Positions 25,853 through 32,000 of a stretch of DNA of 32,000 nt are shown one piece after another; position 1 is the stretch's first letter; the number at the start of each line of letters is the position of its first letter. The position numbers and the translations under genes were made by a program. A model generated the notes under the pieces. That model did no database searches. It was not told the DNA's origin and saw only the letters and a program-made list of their open reading frames with translations. The stretch covers positions 150,001-182,000 of the forward strand of contig NZ_CP013213.1 in NCBI RefSeq assembly GCF_001545095.1, in the 5' to 3' direction. The stretch is from Erysipelothrix larvae (GTDB lineage Bacteria > Bacillota_I > Bacilli_A > Erysipelotrichales > Erysipelotrichaceae).

Positions 25853-26770
25853 AGTTTTATTCTTGTGAAATAGGCCTCTTTGTTATTTCACGTTCCCTCC
25901 GCAAGGTACTATTCGCTAGGATTATAATAACTGATGCATTCACAATATAACCACTTATTTGGCTATTGTAAGGGCAGTACAAAAATAACTTACGTCGTAC
26001 TGATTGCACAATATTAAGCCTCAAGTGTGTTCATAAAAAACATTGTTCATTTATTTTGAAATATTGTTTTGTATCTGGTTATTAATCCCAAGATGAAACC
26101 TTGAATCAATGATTGGCCTTACTCTGTTTAATATAAAAAAAGGATGATAGGGTAAGTAATCGACCATAGTAGTACCTAAATATATGGGATTTGATTCTGC
26201 GTACAGCTTCATCATTAAATGGTAAAAATAATTCAAATTAGATTATGATGTTATCGCTACTTGTTGTTTCTTCCCCCCTTTATTGTCGCGTATTGGTTCC
26301 CCGACCCAAACAACAAAGTCTCTGATGTTTGTTGCGTTAATTATAACATTATTTTATAGGGATGTAAGCCTATATTGGTTATTTATCAATTATTTTTATA
26401 TTAAATTGTCAAAATATTGATTAATTTCGCGTGATAATCAATTTCATAGTATGTATTTTGAAATTATAGGTGAAGCAGTATGCGTTTAATGCCATTAAAA
26501 ATCGCTTGATCGTTTTGTGTTTTTGGTGGTATGGTCTACTGATAGATTCCAAGACGAATCAGTGTATCTGTTTTTGAACAGCACGGACAAGGTATTGTTT
26601 TTGGATTAATTGAATTGAGAAAATTATAATATTCCTTTTGAGAAAACTGTTATCATATGCTTACTCCTTTATAGGAGGTATTGGATTGGTAGAAACTTAG
26701 GGTTTGTACCATTTTATTAACCTCGTAAACTAATAAAGAAAAATCACTTTAATACAGCACTTAATTTTAA

Positions 26771-26797
26771 TAAAAAAACAAGACCGAAGTCTTGTTT
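26771..26797 (-). terminator. Rho-independent terminator (UUCG tetraloop) of the CofE-like gene
   Basis: The minus strand reads AACAAGAC-TTCG-GTCTTGTT followed by TTTTTTA, and the stem overlaps the stop codon. Confidence 0.85.
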
Positions 26798-27989
26798 ATT
26801 CTGAAGCATAATTATCAAAGTAACCTTGGATGTGGATAACAGGGGTTCCCTTATCTCCAGAACCACTTGTTAAGTCACACAGTGATCCAATGAGGTCTAC
26901 AAGACGACGCGGTGTCGTACCTTGTGCAGCCATGCTTCCAACAAGGTTGTCAGCTTTGCGATGGATTGATTCCATTATCGCATTCCGTAGCGCTTCACCA
27001 GTAAGGTCTTTAAACTCATTATCTGCAAGATATTTAAGCTTGAGTTCGTTTGGTGTTCCTTCAAGGCCTTGTGTGTAACCAGGGGCTACAGTTGGATCTG
27101 CGAGTTCCCAGATTTTACCCATTGGGTCTTTAAAAGCACCATCTCCAAAAATCATTACTTCAATGTGTTTTCCCGTTTCGTCAAGGAAACGTTTTTGAAC
27201 TTGATCAACAAACGAAAACCCATCACGTGGGAAGAGTTTTACGGAATCTTCGGTCGCTTTGTTTGAACCCAAAAGACCGTATGCATCATTATACCCACTG
27301 CCATTTATTGGGGATGACAAAATATCGTCGAGTCCATAAACGGTTTTTGCACCTCCATCAAGGAGTTGTTGTTTAGTACGTGCGCGTGTATGAATATCAC
27401 AAGTGAGCACGTGTTTTGTGTAGTCTAGAATTTTTGTAGCATGATTGCTGAAGATGATTGTTGCTTCACAATCCTCTTTTTCAATAACTTCTTTATAGTA
27501 TGACACATAGTCCATACCTGTAAATGGATGAATCGGAGATCCAAAGTGTTCTTTAAATTGTTCGAGTGTTAGTGTATCGCTGTATGGGTTAATTTTTGCT
27601 TTATCAAGATCTTCAAAAGAAAGTAAAGCATTCCCAACTTCGTCTGATGGATAGCTAAGCATCAACACAATGTGCTTTGATCCGCGTGCAATCCCTTTTA
27701 ACACAGTAGAGAATCGATTTCTTGATAAAATTGGAAATGTAATCCCAACGATTTCATCTTTGAACTTGTTATGTACGTCTTGAGCAATTGCATCAATGCT
27801 TGCATAATTGCCTTGAGCACGTGCAACGATTGATTCAGTGATACAAACAATATCACGATCGCTTATTGTAAATTGACCGCTTTCTTGAGCACTGGTAACA
27901 CTGTCGACTACGATGTCAACAAGGTTGTCACCTTCTTTAATTATTGGGCAGCGAATGCCACGAGAAACTGTTCCTATTTTTCTGTCCAT
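26796..27989 (-). CDS. CofE-like protein (F420-0:gamma-glutamyl ligase fold) with C-terminal extension
   Basis: Start at ATG 27989, 6 nt after GAGGAG (MDRKIGTVSRGIRCPIIKEGDNLVDIVV...DRDIVCITESIVARAQGNY). The N-terminal pattern matches my memory of the F420_ligase/CofE domain as annotated in Firmicutes. Length is 397 aa. Confidence 0.65.
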   Translation of the reverse strand: MDRKIGTVSRGIRCPIIKEGDNLVDIVVDSVTSAQESGQFTISDRDIVCITESIVARAQGNYASIDAIAQDVHNKFKDEIVGITFPILSRNRFSTVLKGIARGSKHIVLMLSYPSDEVGNALLSFEDLDKAKINPYSDTLTLEQFKEHFGSPIHPFTGMDYVSYYKEVIEKEDCEATIIFSNHATKILDYTKHVLTCDIHTRARTKQQLLDGGAKTVYGLDDILSSPINGSGYNDAYGLLGSNKATEDSVKLFPRDGFSFVDQVQKRFLDETGKHIEVMIFGDGAFKDPMGKIWELADPTVAPGYTQGLEGTPNELKLKYLADNEFKDLTGEALRNAIMESIHRKADNLVGSMAAQGTTPRRLVDLIGSLCDLTSGSGDKGTPVIHIQGYFDNYASE

Positions 27990-28009
27990 AATAATCTCCT
28001 CACTGAAAT

Positions 28010-28018
28010 ATTGTACCA
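28010..28018 (-). promoter_or_regulatory. Extended -10 promoter element (TGgTACAAT) for the CofE-like gene
   Basis: The minus strand reads TGGTACAAT about 20 nt upstream of the ATG at 27989. No convincing -35 is present. Confidence 0.45.
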
Positions 28019-28279
28019 CAATCAAGGTGAGAAATTGCTAAGAAATATTGGGTATATTTGTGATTTAGTCCTTTGGTAATATCAAAAGGGGAAGAAGACA
28101 CGTAAAGAGGGGTATATGATATAAATATGCTCCCACCTATAATTTATTCATACAGTTTAGGTGTACCATTAATTTGTGAAAATCTATGACACATAGTAAC
28201 TTTTGAACCCAATAATTCATAATAAACTAAAATAATGCATCGGAAAGGTATAGATAAAAGAATAACTGATCATACTTTA

Positions 28280-28309
28280 TTGTAATTGGCTGTGATGACA
28301 CTTTATAAT
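28280..28309 (+). promoter_or_regulatory. Sigma-A type promoter for the membrane-protein operon
   Basis: TTGTAA (28280-28285), an 18-nt spacer, then TATAAT (28304-28309). This leaves a leader of about 95 nt before ATG 28410. Confidence 0.55.
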
Positions 28310-28409
28310 GTTATCATTGGAAGTTATTTGATCATTAGGATATTGATAAATATTATATCAACGGCCTGATTCAATTGAATTAATACGAGCCGATAGGGCG
28401 GAGGTTACG

Positions 28410-28601
28410 ATGAAAGAAAAACAAAAAGAATATCTATTATTTATTGGAATTGATATCGTATTAATTATTTTGCTTAAGATTTTTAACTTTGATTTCTCAA
28501 ATAACCTACTTCTTATATTTGTTGTTTACAGTGTGACTGGATTTATTTCGGGTATGCTTACGACATACCTATTACAAATAATCGAGTATTTTAAGAATTA
28601 A
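28410..28601 (+). CDS. Small two-TM membrane protein (63 aa), unknown function
   Basis: The GGAGG RBS lies 5 nt upstream of the ATG. Two clear hydrophobic helices are present. Confidence 0.6.
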   Translation: MKEKQKEYLLFIGIDIVLIILLKIFNFDFSNNLLLIFVVYSVTGFISGMLTTYLLQIIEYFKN

Positions 28602-28866
28602 AGCTGATGTGATGTTGGAAAAATCTATGATAAAGGGATGGAAGAATCGATAGATGTCATTAATCCATCAACTCCAAATATTTAATGTCTAGATATTATG
28701 TACGTGTGTGGTGCGTTTTTTGTATCGCAGGGATGTTGGTGGTATTGAAGTTAGAGCCTGTCAAGAACATGTTTTGAAAAATAAATTAAGGGATTAAAGT
28801 AAAGAGGTGGTGACAGCTTTGCATTGATGATTTGATTTAGTGTGCTGCACCTAAAGGGAGATTTTG

Positions 28867-29145
28867 ATGAAAAAACTAAGTTTAAAATATGATATTTTCG
28901 GTTTTACTCTTTTAGGCGTTATGAGGATAATACCTTCGAGTGGAATAGTTATTGTGGATGGAGTGATAAGGGTATTACTCCTTACATTTGGCATCCTATA
29001 CTTTGTTCGCGCATACAAAGTTCAAAACGACAAAAATGTGACGGAAGTCATAACACCTACACAAAATAAGTGGGTTACACTGGTACTTTGTGGGGCAGCG
29101 ATTTATGCACTCGTCACTTTATTTGTTTTAATATTTTATCAATGA
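28867..29145 (+). CDS. Small membrane protein (92 aa, about 3 TM), unknown function
   Basis: ATG 28867 lies 6 nt after AGGGAG. Hydrophobic segments flank a short polar loop (KVQNDKNVTEVITPTQNK). Confidence 0.6.
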   Translation: MKKLSLKYDIFGFTLLGVMRIIPSSGIVIVDGVIRVLLLTFGILYFVRAYKVQNDKNVTEVITPTQNKWVTLVLCGAAIYALVTLFVLIFYQ

Positions 29146-29160
29146 AGATAAGGGGAGGGT

Positions 29161-29856
29161 ATGATGAAGTTTATGAAACATGAGATGGTTCCATCATGTG
29201 TGGAAGCAATCTTGTTAATTACGATTGGAGTGTTGCAGGATTTAGGAATTATGTTTGAAGGGAATCGTGGCATCCCAGCAATCTTTTATGTTTGTTCGCT
29301 TCTTGCGCTTATTGGATGGGGACTTATATGGGGCAATGTACGCGATAAGGTTGCAATGATTAATCAGGGATGTCAATTGATGATATTTTGTATGTGGTGC
29401 TTTGGACCATTCTGGTTGCCACCTCAAATGTTTTTAATCGCATCGATTGTTTTCGCATGCATTGTCGTGTTTGTTGATTATATGATCTTATTTCGAAATA
29501 GGGCACACTTACATATTGAACGCTTCCAGATTAATAACGAAATTTTATATGCACAAAATCTCGTGATCGCCCCTTTGTTTTTTATCGGTGTAATGATTCG
29601 AACTTCTGTGATTACAGATATGTTTGTTGCACTCTTATTTGTGGGGTACCTTATCATGGCTAAACGCAAATGGTGGCTCTTGTCGACCGTTCAAAAGTTT
29701 GAGAACAGGAATTATACTGTTTTTGTTATGGGTATAATTGGCATTCTACAGGTTGTAATTTATGCTTATGACTTTGGGATTGTTGTTTCAGTTGTAAATA
29801 TGATGGTATTTTATGCGATTTTTGATAGCAAAGAACCGCTAAAGAATTCTGTGTGA
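29161..29856 (+). CDS. Polytopic membrane protein (231 aa), unknown family; paralog 1
   Basis: A GGGGAGGG RBS is present and the start is ATG 29161 or 29164. It has about 6-7 TM segments. It carries a KRKWWLLSTVQKF motif shared with the downstream paralog. Confidence 0.7.
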   Translation: MMKFMKHEMVPSCVEAILLITIGVLQDLGIMFEGNRGIPAIFYVCSLLALIGWGLIWGNVRDKVAMINQGCQLMIFCMWCFGPFWLPPQMFLIASIVFACIVVFVDYMILFRNRAHLHIERFQINNEILYAQNLVIAPLFFIGVMIRTSVITDMFVALLFVGYLIMAKRKWWLLSTVQKFENRNYTVFVMGIIGILQVVIYAYDFGIVVSVVNMMVFYAIFDSKEPLKNSV

Positions 29857-29947
29857 TGATAATTACAGCGTTTATGTATCGCATAATTTGAACGCTGAAT
29901 GTAATGTTAATGTCCCTAATTTTGGAGGGGACAGATCGGAGGAAACG

Positions 29948-30643
29948 ATGAAGAAGAAAAACGGGATTATGATTTCAGGTATTGAAGCACTTTTACTAAT
30001 AGCAATTGGAATCCTGAGATATCAAGGTGGTGGCATAATAGGCCAAAATGAAATCGTCCTGGGATTGTTGCGTTTTGGTGCGTTAGTGAGTCTCATCGTA
30101 TAGTTCTATCAACATGGAAGTATTAGAAATCGTCGATTTAGAATAAATAAAACAACCCAAATTGTTATGTTTTTCTTTTTGTTTGTAGAGACAACTATGG
30201 TGAATAAAACAGTCTATTTGATTGCAAGTGTTGTTTTGGGAATGAGCATTGTGTTGTTTGACACCTTGTTTTTACGCTTCAACAAAGAAGCACTTGAAAT
30301 TAATGTTAATGAACTCAATATATCTACGATATACGCACAATTTGCCTTATCAATGCCACTCTTGCTAATCAGTACTACAAATCGAGTACCATGGGGTACG
30401 GATCTTTCAGTTGCATTACTTATGATTGTTTATCTTTATATTTTCCGATCAAAATGGTGGATTTTATCCAAGGTGCAAAAACTCAAAAATCCTGCATTGA
30501 CCATGGGGGTAATAGGATGTGTCGGCGTGGTTCAGGGGATGATGTATGTATTTAATATAAGGGGTATTTTCCCAATTATTAACATAGGAATTATTTACCT
30601 AATCATTGATAATATAGAACGAAAGAATGTCGCTGTATCTTAA
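29948..30643 (+). pseudogene. Paralog 2 of the preceding membrane protein, interrupted by one in-frame TAG (30101-30103)
   Basis: ORFs 29948..30103 (start after GGAGGA) and 30167..30643 are in the same frame, and no other stop lies between them. Joined, they give 231 codons that are collinear with paralog 1. The TAG aligns exactly with a Trp (TGG) of paralog 1. Confidence 0.65.
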
Positions 30644-30691
30644 ATAAGGGTTAGTGGGTAAACACTTAAGATATACGAATAATATCAAAAC

Positions 30692-30724
30692 AAAAAAGAG
30701 AAAACTGTAGATTTTCTCTTTTTT
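30692..30724. terminator. Bidirectional rho-independent terminator between convergent operons
   Basis: AAAAAAGAGAAAA-CTGTAGA-TTTTCTCTTTTTT has A-run and T-run flanks. It lies 9 nt from the gldA stop. Confidence 0.85.
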
Positions 30725-30732
30725 ACATCGTG

Positions 30733-31830
30733 CTATGAATGATGGGTTCTTACATACTTATCGAGTGCAAATAATGCATCCGTAACATCATTTGCTGTGT
30801 AATTATGTCCCATTTGATGAATGGTTTCATTCTCTTTCGTGGCATGTTGTCCAACCTTAAGGAGTGTGTCATAGGACGCATGCTCAAGCTTCAAGTCTTT
30901 GAGTGTTGTTGGAAGATTGAGGGCTTGATAAAAGGTGATATAACGATCAAGGTCTTCCATTGGTCTTTTTTCAAGTACGAGTTGTGTCAAGGTTGTGTAG
31001 GCTACGATTTCACCGTGTGTTAGGGTTTGAATGTCACCTTGAAGTGTGCTGAATCCATTATGTATCGCATGAGCAGCAGCTAATCCACAGCTTTCAAAGC
31101 CCAGTCCACTAAGGAGTGTGTTGGCTTCCACGACGTCTTCAAAGGCTTGCGTGACGGTGTTGTTTATGCAAGCTTCCATCGCTTCAAGTCCGTATTTAAA
31201 GAGAACAGCTTCGCATTGTTTCGCAATCGCTTGAGCTGCAAGGGTTGGACTTGCACCGACCAATGTTGTGCCGTTAGCTTTGATAACGGATTGTGCTTCG
31301 ACCCAGGTTGACATTGCATCTGCAATACCTGATGCGAAAAGCCTTGGGGGTGCTTTGCAGATAATCCCAGTATCCACTAAGACGAGATCAGGGCTCTTTG
31401 CGTAATGCTGATAATGGTCGATGGTACCGTCTTTGGAGTAGATTACCGATATCGCTGAGGTTGGAGCATCGGTTGCAGCAGTGGTTGGTAAAATCGCAAT
31501 AGGAACATGCATTTGATTGCTGATTGCTTTTGAAACATCCAGGGTTTTACCACCACCCAGTCCAATCACACAATCGATGGATGCTTTGTGTGCGTTATCG
31601 CAAAGTGACTGGATTGCTTGCTGTGAAGATTCACCCTTGAAATGCGCCACAATGATTTGCATTCCCAATGCTTGAAGGTCTGTTTCGAGTGTTTGACCGA
31701 CAAGATTATAGACAAAATCGTCGCAGACTAAGAGTGCGTTGTTTCCAAGCTCTTGAATGGCATTAAGGTGTGTTGATAATACATTATTACCTTGAATGTA
31801 TCGTGATGGGCTTATAAATATACGAGACAT
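30733..31830 (-). CDS. gldA: Glycerol dehydrogenase (iron-containing/group III alcohol dehydrogenase family)
   Basis: The N-terminus is SPSRYIQGNNVL and the GGGKTLD nucleotide-binding motif is present. Metal ligand context appears in ...DAMSTW... and ...AAHAIHNGF...LTHGE. The 365-aa length fits. Confidence 0.88.
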   Translation of the reverse strand: MSRIFISPSRYIQGNNVLSTHLNAIQELGNNALLVCDDFVYNLVGQTLETDLQALGMQIIVAHFKGESSQQAIQSLCDNAHKASIDCVIGLGGGKTLDVSKAISNQMHVPIAILPTTAATDAPTSAISVIYSKDGTIDHYQHYAKSPDLVLVDTGIICKAPPRLFASGIADAMSTWVEAQSVIKANGTTLVGASPTLAAQAIAKQCEAVLFKYGLEAMEACINNTVTQAFEDVVEANTLLSGLGFESCGLAAAHAIHNGFSTLQGDIQTLTHGEIVAYTTLTQLVLEKRPMEDLDRYITFYQALNLPTTLKDLKLEHASYDTLLKVGQHATKENETIHQMGHNYTANDVTDALFALDKYVRTHHS

Positions 31831-32000
31831 GGTGGTCCTTTCACCTGATTAACAGGTCTACAAAAAGATGATAAATAAGTATCCGCAACTCACAAAAAGT
31901 ACGTGTGTTGATGGGAGTAATAGTTCGATGGTGTTATCAATCAATTCGCTTAGTGGAACATACTTTGCGCGAAATCAAGAGCTCCAAGAAGCATCTCATT

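Noticed and set aside
26051-26236. A 61-aa minus-strand ORF, the only track ORF inside the 943-bp gap.
   Set aside because: It starts at TTG with no SD-like sequence, and the internal ATGs also lack an RBS. The sequence has no signal, TM or known motif, so it is more likely chance in AT-rich DNA. It could still be a gene remnant, which only BLASTX could tell.
25853-26300. A c-di-GMP (GEMM-I/II) or other riboswitch upstream of the adhesin gene, as known for some clostridial surface proteins.
   Set aside because: Reading the minus strand I could not find the conserved GEMM cores (for example the ACGCAAAGC/GGCAAACC-type or GCAACCGACC-type segments as I recall them). The best -10 box leaves only a leader of about 60 nt. 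Not supported without an Infernal scan.
26295-26310. GGTTCCCCGACCC looked slightly like a tRNA T-arm, which might be a tRNA fragment or an att site.
   Set aside because: It does not fit the GGTTCRANYCC T-loop consensus. There is no acceptor or anticodon arm context and no matching direct repeat elsewhere in the window.
15-31023. Many 60-130-aa track ORFs lie antisense to, or out of frame within, longer genes. Examples are 15..290, 801..1118, 2663..2875, 3850..4113, 3932..4117, 4262..4480, 4825..5046, 5176..5373, 5502..5723, 5969..6211, 6390..6584, 6667..6900, 6866..7261, 7724..7933, 12090..12323, 12211..12456, 12642..12824, 12692..12886, 15875..16081, 16834..17046, 17307..17489, 17902..18147, 18151..18378, 18741..19019, 18994..19200, 20316..20636, 20819..21064, 21858..22217, 21937..22185, 23016..23201, 23211..23399, 23707..24042, 23816..24049, 24712..25023, 26830..27078, 27069..27266, 27873..28079, 29242..29427, 29478..29669 and 30805..31023.
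   Set aside because: Each overlaps a longer ORF that has clear family motifs and an RBS. Where I checked, they lack Shine-Dalgarno sequences and their translations look low-complexity or compositionally odd. They are typical shadow ORFs.
1-32000. CRISPR arrays, rRNA and tRNA genes.
   Set aside because: I found no regularly spaced 25-40 bp direct repeats and no rRNA-like or cloverleaf-like segments. The only tandem repeats are the 11-bp pair at 16727-16748 and the in-gene 27-nt repeats at 23849-23929.
31950-32000. A possible 3' end of another minus-strand gene at the right window edge (...NEMLLGALDFAQSMFH* ending at TAA 31950-31952).
   Set aside because: Only 17 codons are visible, and another frame is open for a similar length. 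There is too little sequence to support a call.

Overview
Low-GC (roughly 35-40% by eye) Bacillota-type chromosomal segment, genetic code 11, with strong GGAGG-type ribosome-binding sites and hairpin plus T-tract terminators. The lineage cannot be fixed from the sequence alone. Most of it is ordinary housekeeping and accessory content. This includes a UPF0237/UPF0210 pair, a YtrA-type GntR plus ABC operon, a PucR-like regulator with a TraB-family protein, an orphan MsmK/MsmX-like sugar ABC ATPase and a heterodimeric ABC exporter. It also includes KtrA, a histidine phosphatase, a ZIP metal transporter, a GH1 6-phospho-beta-glucosidase, a YdcF/DUF218 protein and GldA. Six regions deserve a closer look. 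(1) A complete minus-strand IS200/IS605-type element (tnpA plus a catalytically intact tnpB) has a GC-rich, hairpin-dense 3' tail that fits an omega-RNA, making it an RNA-guided TnpB locus. (2) A five-gene module (response regulator, ABC ATPase, two ABC-2 permeases, sensor-less histidine kinase) resembles peptide-antibiotic sensing and detoxification systems, and it has an 11-bp tandem direct repeat at an internal promoter. (3) A three-gene operon encodes a zinc-ribbon membrane protein, a tail-anchored J-domain protein and a HutC-type regulator. (4) A 736-aa beta-helix surface protein has a variant LPQSG sorting signal. (5) An ORF-poor zone (about 25.85-28.4 kb) contains only an isolated CofE-like (F420-glutamyl-ligase fold) gene. 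(6) An operon of uncharacterised membrane proteins includes two tandem paralogs, the second interrupted by a single TGG->TAG change. I saw no rRNA, tRNA or CRISPR array. All family assignments come from recalled motifs, not from searches.
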